This document shows positions 35,531 to 44,945 of a stretch of 64,000 nt of DNA, piece after piece. Source of the DNA: an uncultured Clostridia bacterium (GTDB lineage Bacteria; Bacillota; Clostridia; Christensenellales; CAG-917); contig CALWAF010000001.1 of the NCBI GenBank assembly GCA_944372795.1, positions 64,390 through 128,389 on the forward strand, given 5' to 3'. Both the position numbers and the translations under genes were made by a program. The notes beneath the pieces are model-generated. The model was not told where the DNA came from, ran no database searches, and worked only from the letters and a program-made list of their open reading frames with translations. Numbering within the stretch: position 1 is the first letter of the stretch; each line of letters opens with the position of its first letter.

Positions 35531-35544
35531 TGAAAACGTTCTCT
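35531..35544. promoter_or_regulatory. LacI/CcpA-type operator half-palindrome (TGAAAACGTTCTCT)
   Basis: Matches TGWAANCGNTNNCA at 13 of 14 specified or free positions. Same core as 53297..53308 and 53430..53443. Confidence 0.5.
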
Positions 35545-35562
35545 TATTTTGACATATCACGG

Positions 35563-35591
35563 TTGACTTCTTGCAAAAAACCTCTTACAAT
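35563..35591 (+). promoter_or_regulatory. sigma-A promoter of the GH13 gene (TTGACT-17-TACAAT)
   Basis: TTGACT at 35563..35568 and TACAAT at 35586..35591. The ATG at 35598 is only 6 nt downstream, which implies a leaderless mRNA. Confidence 0.55.
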
Positions 35592-35597
35592 TATTGT

Positions 35598-37277
35598 ATG
35601 TCGAAAAAGAATTTTATCGGTGACGATTGGTATAAAAACGTTTGCATATATCAGGTTTATCCGCGCAGTTTTTGCGACAGCAACGGGGACGGCATAGGTG
35701 ACATCCGCGGCATCATCTCCAAGTTGGATTACATTAAATCTCTGAATGTCGGCGCGATATGGATATGTCCTATGTATGACAGCCCGAATCGGGATAACGG
35801 TTACGACGTGCGCGATTATTTCGCTTTGCAGCCGGAGTTCGGAACGACGGAAGACTTTTCGCTGCTGACGGCAAAATGCCATGAGCTCGGCATCCGAGTG
35901 ATCATGGATGTGGTCTTAAATCATAGTTCCTCCGAGTGTGAGTGGTTCCTTTCTTCCTCATCGTCGGAACGCGATCCGAAACGTGACTGGTACATTTGGA
36001 GAAAAGGAAAACCCGATGGCGCTCCGCCTACAAATTGGGAGGCGATCTTCGGAGGTTCGGCGTGGAATTACGACGCGAAGACGGATTCATATTATCTCGG
36101 CACCTTTTCACCATATCAACCGGACTTTAACTGGGAAAACGCGGAACTTCGCGAAGCTCTTTTCGATGTTCTACGTTTCTGGCTGGAGAGAGGTGTGGAC
36201 GGATTTCGTCTCGACGCCATCAACTTCATCTCAAAAGCGCCCGGATATCCCGACGGAATGGCAGGTCCGAACGGACTTGCGCCTATAAGACCGTTTGTAT
36301 GCAACGGACCGAAAGTTCACACATGGCTGAGCGAAATGAAAAAGAAGGTGCTCTCCCCCATGCACGCGATGACGGTGGGAGAAGCGGACGGTTCCTCTGT
36401 CGAAGACGCGATACGATTCTCGAAAGAGATCGACATGATTTTCAGTTTCGACCATGTTGCTCTCGACATCGGTCCGAATTTCACATTCAACAAAAAAATA
36501 CCATTGCCAAAACTCAAATCCATACTGAGCGAGTGGCAAAACAAATTGCGAGGCAAAGCATGGAATGCTCTGTTTTGGGAGAATCATGACCAACCAAGGA
36601 TAGTATCAAGACTGGGCGATGAAGATGATCTGCGCGCCGTTTCGGCGAAGATGCTTGCCGCTGCGCTTTTTTTCTTGCAGGGAACACCTTTTATATATCA
36701 GGGAGAGGAGCTCGGTCTTCCGAACACAAGGTTTGCAAAGCGCACGGAATTGCGCGATATCGAAATGTGTAATGCCTTTGTAAATTACGTAGATACGGGG
36801 ATACTCTCACAAGAACATTTGATGCGCTTTGCAAATTATAAAGGACGCGATACGGGACGCACTCCGATGCCGTGGGACGGAAGCCCGAGGGCAGGGTTTA
36901 CAACCGGCACGCCATGGATAAAACTCGGTGACACGCACCGAACTCTCAATGTCGAAAACCAAGATGCGGATGAACATAGTGTTCTGAACTGGTTCAGAAC
37001 ACTTATAGGATTCCGCAGGAACGATCGGGTAATACGCGACGGAGAATACAGGGTCTATAACATTGACGATCCGAATGTATATGAATACACGAGATTGCTT
37101 AACGGCTCGGGGTATCATATATTATGTTCGTTCTGCAAAGACGAAACCCGTTATGTTTGCGGCTTTGAGGGAACAAAAACGCAGATGCTGTTTTCCAATT
37201 ACGGTGACGATACCTTCTCCGAAACCGGAAAACTCCGCCCGTTCGAGACCGTGATCTCTAAGGCGGAGCTTCCTTAA
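35598..37277 (+). CDS. GH13 alpha-glucosidase (oligo-1,6-glucosidase / sucrose-isomer hydrolase type, subfamily 31-like)
   Basis: YQVYPRSF, GDGIGDIRG, DVVLNHSS, GFRLDAINF, EADG and WENHDQPR conserved regions I-IV. No signal peptide. The start was moved to ATG 35598 because the TTG at 35571 lies inside the promoter. Confidence 0.9.
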   Translation: MSKKNFIGDDWYKNVCIYQVYPRSFCDSNGDGIGDIRGIISKLDYIKSLNVGAIWICPMYDSPNRDNGYDVRDYFALQPEFGTTEDFSLLTAKCHELGIRVIMDVVLNHSSSECEWFLSSSSSERDPKRDWYIWRKGKPDGAPPTNWEAIFGGSAWNYDAKTDSYYLGTFSPYQPDFNWENAELREALFDVLRFWLERGVDGFRLDAINFISKAPGYPDGMAGPNGLAPIRPFVCNGPKVHTWLSEMKKKVLSPMHAMTVGEADGSSVEDAIRFSKEIDMIFSFDHVALDIGPNFTFNKKIPLPKLKSILSEWQNKLRGKAWNALFWENHDQPRIVSRLGDEDDLRAVSAKMLAAALFFLQGTPFIYQGEELGLPNTRFAKRTELRDIEMCNAFVNYVDTGILSQEHLMRFANYKGRDTGRTPMPWDGSPRAGFTTGTPWIKLGDTHRTLNVENQDADEHSVLNWFRTLIGFRRNDRVIRDGEYRVYNIDDPNVYEYTRLLNGSGYHILCSFCKDETRYVCGFEGTKTQMLFSNYGDDTFSETGKLRPFETVISKAELP

Positions 37278-37300
37278 GGAGCAATATATGAAACGTAGCT

Positions 37301-37328
37301 ACCTCCGACATATTGTCGGAGGTTTTTC
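37301..37328 (+). terminator. intrinsic terminator after the GH13 gene
   Basis: ACCTCCGAC-ATATT-GTCGGAGGT followed by TTTT. Confidence 0.8.
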
Positions 37329-37331
37329 GTA

Positions 37332-39479
37332 TCAGGAATACATACCCACAACCTGTGAGAGTTTGTCCAGCATCAGTTGGCGTCCGTCTACATTGAGATG
37401 GATGCCGTCATTAAGGTATCGTATGCTATTTTCCGCAGAAATGCCTATTTCATCATACAGATCGAACACTTCAACATTGAATTCCGCGCATATCTCATTC
37501 AGCACACGAATATAATCCGCGTAGAACTCCTCATCGACGTCATATCTGTAGATCGGGGTGCACCATACGATTTCCGCATCAGGATACAGAGCGGTAAGTT
37601 TGCTCAAGACATATCTTATTGAGCCTGCAACCGTCGACACGTCGATGGACGCAGCGTTTCCGAGTTCGACATCGCCCATAAAATAGGAATACAGGTCGTG
37701 TGTTCCGCGTTGGACCAGTATTTTTCTCGGTGCGCCGTATCTGCCGAGTTTTTCTGCGTAGTAACCCGAATCGATGCGATCCACAAGGCCGGAACCGGCA
37801 TTCGACATTACGGTGCTTTCGTTGATGGTATCACGGAATATCGTATATCCCGTCACCTCGCCCAAGTCGTTTACGAGCGAGCCCGTGTAATCCTCGCTAA
37901 TGATATCGTCGCCTAACACCCAAAGAGCGTTTTCGATCGGCGTTCCGTCGTAGTTAAGCACGGAGAAGTATTTTATGTTGACCGACTCTACGCCGTTGAG
38001 TATCCCGTCAGTCGGAAAATCTATGTCATCATATTCAAGCAAAAGCAAGACCGTCTTCCCTTTAAGCTCTTCGGGTATGTCTGCTTCTATGAAACTCTCT
38101 CCGGCACTCAGGTTCGGATCGGTCGCGAACGCGCCTGTCTGCCACGACGAAAAGTGGTATATTTTATTCCCGTCCTCAACGTCGATCGCCGTGAAACGCA
38201 ATTTATACTTGAAAGTGGCATCGGACTGTCGATATTCGAAATGCGCGCGCACGGACGTTGCCTCTTCTCCCAGTGTGACTTTCGTCCACATATAAAGATT
38301 TGGCAGACCCCCCTCGGCAGTGTCGTCATCTTCAAGTCCGCTGTGGATATTGTCCCAGCCTCCCATTTCTATACAATATCCGCCGCCGGCAAACCAAGAG
38401 CTCGGTCCGGTGAAATATTCGTAATTCGCGAGCACGAAGTTGCGCGCATCGGCGCTTCCGGTGCCGCCCTCACGGAAATCCGCCCACACATGCCAACCGT
38501 CGGCAGTCGGCAAAGAAGTCACGGGGACTTCGTCGATGTAATCCGCAGGGAGCCAGTAATAGTCTATAAAATCGCCCGAAGGCTCCGTAACGGTCACATC
38601 CACTTCTTTTGTGATGCCCATAGCGGCCATTGTGATCGTGGCATTACCCATGGCATGAAAAGCGAGCCTGCCCTTTTCGTTTACGGTCACCACGCTTTCG
38701 TCGCTCGAAGACCATTCAGTGGGAATGGCTTCTCCGGCCGGGATAGCCTTCTCCGGCACCGCCATCTGGAACAAAACTCGATATGGTTCGTCCAAAGGCA
38801 CCGTGAGTTCCGTGATTTCCGTATAGAAATCATTGGAAACGATTTTAATGTCCTCAAGCTCGTAAGTGGCGATCTCAAGTTCGATGGACGCCGAGACCGA
38901 AGGTTCTCTTACGGCAGTTGCGGTTATGGTGAATACGCTCCCACCCTCAACAGTATCCGCGACCTCTACCACCCCTGCGGAAGTCACAGTTACGCCCGCA
39001 TTCTCGGGAGTGACGAAAAAGTTAAGATTCTTGGTCGTGGCGTTCTCCGGCAAAACCGAATATGCCAGCTGTTTGCGAACGCCCGTAGCGATTTCCGTGC
39101 GTTCTCCGTCCGCAAAAACGATGGCTGTGACCGGAACATACTCCTTGACTTTGACCGTTACGGACGTGCTTGCGCCTCCTCCCTGTATCGTGACGGTCGT
39201 CTCCCCTGCCGAAACTCCTTTCACCACTCCGGAACCGGAAACCGTTGCAACGGATGCATCCGCACTCGCGAACGAAAACCCGCCCGCATACGAAGACGGC
39301 TCCGCCTTGAGAGAAAGGATCACTTCATCACCTTCGGAAAGTGTCAAAACGCCGTCCGAAAGACCTCTTGCCGTAACGGATATGCTTTGCACCGCGACCG
39401 TGTTTTCGCTTTTGTCGTTGCAAGCAACGCACACGGTCAGACAAAGCAAGACCATCAGTAAGATCATTGCTTTCTTCAT
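37332..39479 (-). CDS. surface lipoprotein: 3x Big_2 Ig-like domains + unassigned ~160-aa domain + degenerate SGNH-hydrolase-like domain
   Basis: ATG 39479 and the lipobox VCVAC. Big_2 patterns (ASADASVATVSGSGVVKGVSAGETTVTI). The C-terminal SGNH fold has signature residues changed: GDD for GDS, NES for SGS, THD for TND. DGIHLN is retained. Confidence 0.75.
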   Translation of the reverse strand: MKKAMILLMVLLCLTVCVACNDKSENTVAVQSISVTARGLSDGVLTLSEGDEVILSLKAEPSSYAGGFSFASADASVATVSGSGVVKGVSAGETTVTIQGGGASTSVTVKVKEYVPVTAIVFADGERTEIATGVRKQLAYSVLPENATTKNLNFFVTPENAGVTVTSAGVVEVADTVEGGSVFTITATAVREPSVSASIELEIATYELEDIKIVSNDFYTEITELTVPLDEPYRVLFQMAVPEKAIPAGEAIPTEWSSSDESVVTVNEKGRLAFHAMGNATITMAAMGITKEVDVTVTEPSGDFIDYYWLPADYIDEVPVTSLPTADGWHVWADFREGGTGSADARNFVLANYEYFTGPSSWFAGGGYCIEMGGWDNIHSGLEDDDTAEGGLPNLYMWTKVTLGEEATSVRAHFEYRQSDATFKYKLRFTAIDVEDGNKIYHFSSWQTGAFATDPNLSAGESFIEADIPEELKGKTVLLLLEYDDIDFPTDGILNGVESVNIKYFSVLNYDGTPIENALWVLGDDIISEDYTGSLVNDLGEVTGYTIFRDTINESTVMSNAGSGLVDRIDSGYYAEKLGRYGAPRKILVQRGTHDLYSYFMGDVELGNAASIDVSTVAGSIRYVLSKLTALYPDAEIVWCTPIYRYDVDEEFYADYIRVLNEICAEFNVEVFDLYDEIGISAENSIRYLNDGIHLNVDGRQLMLDKLSQVVGMYS

Positions 39480-39484
39480 TGTGA

Positions 39485-41866
39485 TTACCTCCTGCCGCAA
39501 ATAATATCCGCAAGCGGATTTTTATTGCCGATACCATCCGTCCATTCGCTCGCCAACGGATAGATTACACCGGCGTCGGGCGCGTCCGTATCGAGGAGCA
39601 CATCGTTTATTATCGCATTGTGCACCAAATTCGCTTCGCTCTCGTTCTGCACCTCCGGCTTTTCGGCAAGGTGCAGATTCATACGTCCGTAAATACTGAC
39701 GTCGTTGCCGTCGTCATTGAGCCTCATCATGACGCAATGATATTTGAGCTGATTTATGAGAGTGACGCTCGAACTCGAAAGGGAAAGCACACTGCCCTCC
39801 GAATACATTCTGTCCGCGCCGCACCCGTTCATTGTGACCGTGCTGTTATGTGCTTCCAATATCCCTGCGGAACAGAACGTAAAAGCACTCATTATGCTTA
39901 CCGAGCTGTTGTTGACCACGAAGAATCGGGTGTGAGTTTCGGTATAGGTATAATAATTCCAAAGATTATTTACGCGCCACAGCCAACCTTCCTTGAACAG
40001 GTCGGGGAACTGCGCGCTGAACCCGGTCTGGGTAGCCACCGTCGCATTGGAAAAGATGTTTTCCACAAAACAGTTTTCCGCCCCGTCGATCCTTACCCCT
40101 TCGTTGAAAAACAAAGCCGGTATGTTCTTTATGACACAGTTATCGGCATTTTTCACATGTATTCCGTTGAAGCTGTTTGTCAAACCCACATTGGTCACAT
40201 AGGCTCTGTCGCCTGCAAGCCTTATGGTAAATGCGGACGGCGCGATCTCATATTCGCCGGGTTGCGGCATCCAGAGATTGTTGTCGGGATAACATATCCT
40301 CAAACCCGAGATACCCGCATTTTCGGACAGGGTCACGAATGCATCGGCTTCGGAGGCATTTTCTACCGCATCGTCGTAATAGGAAAAAATCACAGTCCCG
40401 AGATCGTTGCCGAGTGTGCCGCGATTCGTTGTCGATGAGCACCCTCTGAGCAAAACGTTACTGCCCACGGAAAGAGCTCGCGTAATTTTATAAAAACCTG
40501 CGGGCATATAGACTACGCCGCCACCTGCGGAAGACGCTGCCGAGAGTGCGGATTCGACCGCCGCGGTGTCATCCGTCAACGCATCTCCTTTCGCCCCGTA
40601 ATCCTTTACGTTGAACAACCTTGCTCCGGGCGCGGGCAAATCGGGCGTCACGGTGTTGACATCCGGGACCTCCGCCTTATTTACATATATCCTTTCCCCT
40701 GCCGCACGTCCGTCTATCTCCACTCCCGTGAGTCTGACATATCCGACGGGCGAATGATTTGCCACGGCGAAATTCTCTCCTTCTATCCTTCCGCCTGTAA
40801 ACAACATGCCCCAGCCTTTATACAGCGCATCGACCATGAGCCCGTAGCGGCAGTCGGTGATGTGTGAATCATAAAATCCGCCCATGAAGTCTATGGGGTT
40901 ATCGGGCTGTATACGCGTACCGTCTTGGATCTGGATTCCCACATAATATCCATCGACGTCGATCCCGTAATAAGGGGACCACTCCAGATCGCCGAGTTTA
41001 AGTCCGACCGCACTGTTTTTGGTCACTTCGTAAACCTCGTCATATGAAGGCGCATTGAACTTCTCGCCCGCCTCAGACCAGTACGAAGGAGAAAAGCATA
41101 CGTTCTTGTAATAACCGATGTCCGACTCATTGACGCTGTCAATGCCGACGAACAACGGCGTTCCTTTCAAATTTTCGATGACCAATCCTTCGTGCGCATC
41201 CTGCATCCCTATCTGAACATTAGGATTGACCGTGCGGCTTGCTACGACACCTCGATACGAATTAAGCAACGTCACGTTTTGGATGGTGAACTGTATGTGT
41301 TCAAGTATGGTGAAAGCTCCTCCCATGATCTCGAATGTCGCAGGGAATGGGCGAACATCACCCGCATATTGAGCGGGATACCATACCGTCAGACCGTTGA
41401 CGCCGCTGTTCGCGCGCAAACGGAACAATCCGCTCGTCAACTGCGCGGAGAACGGCACGTCCGCCACTATGACCGTCCCGTAATCCCCCGGACATTCATC
41501 GGGATCGCGCCAGTCGCCGGCTATGGTGATGTAATTGTCCACGGTCACGCTCCCCGTCAACAGATAAAAACCTTCGGGGAGATAGATCGTGCCGCCGCCC
41601 GTTGCACTCAGATCGGACACCGCGCGTTTAAGGACGGACGTCACGTCTTCCCTGCCGCTGTTATCGGCATTGTAAGGCGCTTCCGTAAGTACGATATCGG
41701 CAATGAGCGCCGCTTGAGCGCCATTGTCTGCACGGATCAGTCTGGGCTCCTGCGCCGGCACCGTATCCTGCGCCGAAGCCGATGGAATTTCTTTCATGGC
41801 AAAACCTCCCGAAAAGATCAGCAAACTTAACACGATGATTAGGGGAACAACAAATGCTTTTCTCAT
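39485..41866 (-). CDS. secreted protein with two tandem right-handed beta-helix (Pectate_lyase_3-type) domains; glycoside hydrolase candidate (GH55-like architecture)
   Basis: ATG 41866 and a signal peptide. There are two copies of the N-cap motif: YNADNSGREDVTSVLKRAV...GGGTIYLPEGFY and DYGAKGDALTDDTAAVESAL...GGGVVYMPAGFY. Confidence 0.65.
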   Translation of the reverse strand: MRKAFVVPLIIVLSLLIFSGGFAMKEIPSASAQDTVPAQEPRLIRADNGAQAALIADIVLTEAPYNADNSGREDVTSVLKRAVSDLSATGGGTIYLPEGFYLLTGSVTVDNYITIAGDWRDPDECPGDYGTVIVADVPFSAQLTSGLFRLRANSGVNGLTVWYPAQYAGDVRPFPATFEIMGGAFTILEHIQFTIQNVTLLNSYRGVVASRTVNPNVQIGMQDAHEGLVIENLKGTPLFVGIDSVNESDIGYYKNVCFSPSYWSEAGEKFNAPSYDEVYEVTKNSAVGLKLGDLEWSPYYGIDVDGYYVGIQIQDGTRIQPDNPIDFMGGFYDSHITDCRYGLMVDALYKGWGMLFTGGRIEGENFAVANHSPVGYVRLTGVEIDGRAAGERIYVNKAEVPDVNTVTPDLPAPGARLFNVKDYGAKGDALTDDTAAVESALSAASSAGGGVVYMPAGFYKITRALSVGSNVLLRGCSSTTNRGTLGNDLGTVIFSYYDDAVENASEADAFVTLSENAGISGLRICYPDNNLWMPQPGEYEIAPSAFTIRLAGDRAYVTNVGLTNSFNGIHVKNADNCVIKNIPALFFNEGVRIDGAENCFVENIFSNATVATQTGFSAQFPDLFKEGWLWRVNNLWNYYTYTETHTRFFVVNNSSVSIMSAFTFCSAGILEAHNSTVTMNGCGADRMYSEGSVLSLSSSSVTLINQLKYHCVMMRLNDDGNDVSIYGRMNLHLAEKPEVQNESEANLVHNAIINDVLLDTDAPDAGVIYPLASEWTDGIGNKNPLADIICGRR

Positions 41867-42054
41867 TTCTTTTCTTTCACTCCTGTTTTTACGGTCAGCG
41901 CTATACCGACGACGGTGCAAATGAGATTCAATACCAGCGTAACGACAAGTATGACGAACTCCGGCGACCCTTTGACGGTAAACGGCAGTATGAACGCGCA
42001 CATTATAGCCAGCACGAAAGTCAGTCTGAAAAAAACCTTCCCTTTCAAGTCCAT
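41863..42054 (-). CDS. small hydrophobic membrane protein (63 aa)
   Basis: ATG 42054 with GAGGAGG 7 nt upstream. Two predicted TM helices. ATGA overlap with the downstream beta-helix gene and a 10-nt overlap with the upstream ATPase gene. Confidence 0.55.
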   Translation of the reverse strand: MDLKGKVFFRLTFVLAIMCAFILPFTVKGSPEFVILVVTLVLNLICTVVGIALTVKTGVKEKK

Positions 42055-43037
42055 ACAGGCACCTCCTCTATATTTCTGCACTTGACTTTTACCCCGTTGA
42101 TCTCGACGTAAGGGATATCTTCTTGCGAGCATTCTTCTGTCGCATACGGACAACGCGGCGCAAACGAACAGCCGCGCCCGCGCTCCGTCAGTTTCGTCAT
42201 TTCCATGCCTTTGACCGGGATCTCCCCACGTGTGCCCCTGTAAGAAGGGTCGGGCACCGGCACGGCAGTCACCAAAGCCTGCGTATAGGGGTGCTTTGGA
42301 TGGAACAGCACTTCGTCTATATTGCCAAGCTCTACTATATCGCCGAGATACATGACGCATATCCTGCCCTTGTCGGCTATATATTTTGCCGTGGCGAGAT
42401 CGTGCGTGATATAAATAAATGCGATTTTTAATTCGCGGTTCAGCTTCTCTATCAGTTTCAGTATCGCGATGCGCAACGACACGTCTATCATGCTTACGGG
42501 TTCGTCCGCTACGATAAGTTTCGGATTGAGTGCAAGCGCGCGTGCCATGAGCACCCTTTGTCTCTGTCCACCGGACAACTGGTGCGGATATTTGAACACA
42601 AAATGTTCTATCGGCGTCAGCCCCACAAATCCCATAAGTTCTTCGAGCCGCTGTTGCTTTTTTTCTTTGGAGATGCCCTTTTCGGCTATCTCGATCGCGG
42701 CGCAAAGCGACTGGTGGATGGTTTTCACGGGATTGAGCGCCGCATAACTGTCTTGTTGGATAAACTGCACGTTCCGTCTGTAGTCGCTTTTGTTATTGCG
42801 TTTTGTACGACGGATGTTTTCTCCGTTGAACAACACTTCTCCGGATGTAGGAGCCAGCAGACCCGTCACTATTTTCCCTATGGTGGTTTTGCCGCATCCG
42901 CTCTCCCCGACAACCGCAATTATCTCGTCATCGCCGATCGTAAGATCGAAATCCCTTATGACAACGGCGCGTTTTTCGGTCTGGAAGAACTTCCCCTTCA
43001 GGGCAAAACTCATATTTATATTTTTGAGTTCAAGCAT
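42045..43037 (-). CDS. ABC transporter ATP-binding protein (OppF/DppF-like)
   Basis: Walker A GESGCGKTT, signature LSGGQRQR and Walker B LIVADEP. The C-terminal oligopeptide-type extension carries a Cys cluster. Start trimmed to ATG 43037. Confidence 0.9.
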   Translation of the reverse strand: MLELKNINMSFALKGKFFQTEKRAVVIRDFDLTIGDDEIIAVVGESGCGKTTIGKIVTGLLAPTSGEVLFNGENIRRTKRNNKSDYRRNVQFIQQDSYAALNPVKTIHQSLCAAIEIAEKGISKEKKQQRLEELMGFVGLTPIEHFVFKYPHQLSGGQRQRVLMARALALNPKLIVADEPVSMIDVSLRIAILKLIEKLNRELKIAFIYITHDLATAKYIADKGRICVMYLGDIVELGNIDEVLFHPKHPYTQALVTAVPVPDPSYRGTRGEIPVKGMEMTKLTERGRGCSFAPRCPYATEECSQEDIPYVEINGVKVKCRNIEEVPVWT

Positions 43038-44031
43038 CTTGCTCCCCCTCCGCATACAAATGACATTTGACCATATGCCCTCCGCCCATATCGACATCGT
43101 CGGGGGACACGATCTCGCATCTTTCCGTCTTTTTTAAGCAGCGATCCGCAAATACGCATCCCGGAGGTAAATTCGTTATATCGATCGGCGTGCCCGGAAT
43201 TTCCGTCAATGTGTCGGCATCTCGCCTTAAAGACGGTGTCGCATTGATAAGCCCTTCCGTATACGGGTTGAATCTGCGGGCAAAGACATCCTCGACCGTG
43301 CCGAACTCCATAAGTCTGCCGCCATACATCACCCCCAGATTATCGGCGTATTCGGCGACCACCGCAATATCATGCGTAAGCAAGAGCATCGTCGTGCCGT
43401 ATTCTTCGTTGATGCTCTTCAACAATCCGAAAATATAAGATTGAGTGATGACGTCCAGCGCTGTCGTAGGCTCGTCGAGAATTATTATTTCCGGTCGGAG
43501 AAGCAGAGCTAAAGCTATCATCACGCGCTGTTTCATACCGCCGCTTATCTCATGCGGATAGCTGTCCAGCACTCTCTCGGAAAGATTTACGCGTTCCAGC
43601 AATTTAGCAAATATTTTGCGGGCTTCTTTTTTCGATTCCTTGCCGCCGTGAATTTTATATGTCTCGTAAAACTGATTCAGGATGGTCACGATGGGATTCA
43701 ACGAGCTTTGCGCCCCCTGAAAAACCATCGACACGATATCCCAACGGAAGTCGTTGAGCTGCTTTTCGTTCAATGCCGTCACGTCGATGTCTTCGCCGCG
43801 CTTTTCGGAATGCACGATGACCCTGCCTCCCACCACTCTGCCGGGAGACGTGATACAGTTCAACAGTGCGCTTGCCAAAGTAGTCTTTCCGCTCCCGCTT
43901 TCTCCGACGACCGCGGTTATTTTCCCCTTTTCGAGTTTCATCGAAACATCGTTTACGGCATGCAGACACAATCTGACCATCTCGTAGTCTATCGAAACGT
44001 GATCGAATTCAGCTATATAACGTTTCTCCAT
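43030..44031 (-). CDS. ABC transporter ATP-binding protein (OppD/DppD-like)
   Basis: Walker [10 protein letters not shown], signature ISGGMKQR and Walker [13 protein letters not shown]. Confidence 0.9.
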   Translation of the reverse strand: MEKRYIAEFDHVSIDYEMVRLCLHAVNDVSMKLEKGKITAVVGESGSGKTTLASALLNCITSPGRVVGGRVIVHSEKRGEDIDVTALNEKQLNDFRWDIVSMVFQGAQSSLNPIVTILNQFYETYKIHGGKESKKEARKIFAKLLERVNLSERVLDSYPHEISGGMKQRVMIALALLLRPEIIILDEPTTALDVITQSYIFGLLKSINEEYGTTMLLLTHDIAVVAEYADNLGVMYGGRLMEFGTVEDVFARRFNPYTEGLINATPSLRRDADTLTEIPGTPIDITNLPPGCVFADRCLKKTERCEIVSPDDVDMGGGHMVKCHLYAEGEQDA

Positions 44032-44039
44032 GCTACACC

Positions 44040-44945
44040 TCAGTTTTTACGCAGACGCGGATTCAATATCTCATCTACACCGTTTGCAAGCAGAACTATC
44101 CCGAGTTGGAACAGCACTATGCAGAATATGGGCGACAGGATGTACAAGATCGCACGACTGTTGAACAAAAATCCCTGCTGGAATATCAGATACAGCATCG
44201 TCCCCCAATTTGTGGAATCAAGCTCGGCAAGTCCGAGGAACATTATGCCGACGCTCCCCGTTATCGCGCCGCGCATTATGGTGATGAAATTGACCACGAT
44301 GTAGCTTGCGATATTCGGCATCAGTTCGCCGAATATGATCCGCCCTTTGTTCATGCCCATAACATGACATATTTGGATGAAATCACGCTCTTTGAGCGAA
44401 ATGATCTGGGCGCGTACAGCTCTTGCAAGCCCCGCCCAATTCCATACCGACAAGATGAGCGCGAACGTAAAATTGTCCTTTATGACTATCATCGTGCTCA
44501 ACACAAGCAACACGGGAAAACTCGGCACGGAAAGAAACAGGTTCGTGATCATTTGCAGCACTTTGTCCACGACTCCGCCGATCAGACCGCTCACGAGCCC
44601 GATGACAAGCCCGATGAATACGGTAAAGACACCCGTAAGAAAAGCTATCGCCAACACATCTTTGCTGCCTATCACGAGTTGAGAAAGCAGATCCCTACCG
44701 AGGTGGTCGGTCCCGAGCAAATGTTCCTTGGACGGAGCCTCGAATCGCATGCCTACGATCTGGGATTCCGGGAGACACGAGCCCGCTATCGCAACGATCA
44801 TAAACAATACGATTATGCTGAAACCGATGGCAGATTTCGGGTTGCCGTATATCGATTTGAAAAACGCCGCGATCCCGCCGAGTATTTTTTTTAGGATACG
44901 ACCGAGAGCCGATATCGATCTTTCCTTCACCACAGCCGTTTCCAT
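44040..44945 (-). CDS. ABC transporter permease (OppC/DppC-like)
   Basis: 301-aa polytopic protein of the BPD_transp_1 type, with an EAA-like loop (ARAVRAQIISLKERDF). Confidence 0.85.
   Translation of the reverse strand: METAVVKERSISALGRILKKILGGIAAFFKSIYGNPKSAIGFSIIVLFMIVAIAGSCLPESQIVGMRFEAPSKEHLLGTDHLGRDLLSQLVIGSKDVLAIAFLTGVFTVFIGLVIGLVSGLIGGVVDKVLQMITNLFLSVPSFPVLLVLSTMIVIKDNFTFALILSVWNWAGLARAVRAQIISLKERDFIQICHVMGMNKGRIIFGELMPNIASYIVVNFITIMRGAITGSVGIMFLGLAELDSTNWGTMLYLIFQQGFLFNSRAILYILSPIFCIVLFQLGIVLLANGVDEILNPRLRKN

Noticed and set aside
39485-42705. Long N-terminal extensions of the beta-helix ORF (838 aa) and the 280-aa ORF at 41863..42705
   Set aside because: The extensions are Arg-rich, overlap the ABC ATPase gene in another frame and lack RBSs. 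Internal starts with RBS and signal-peptide or TM features were used instead.
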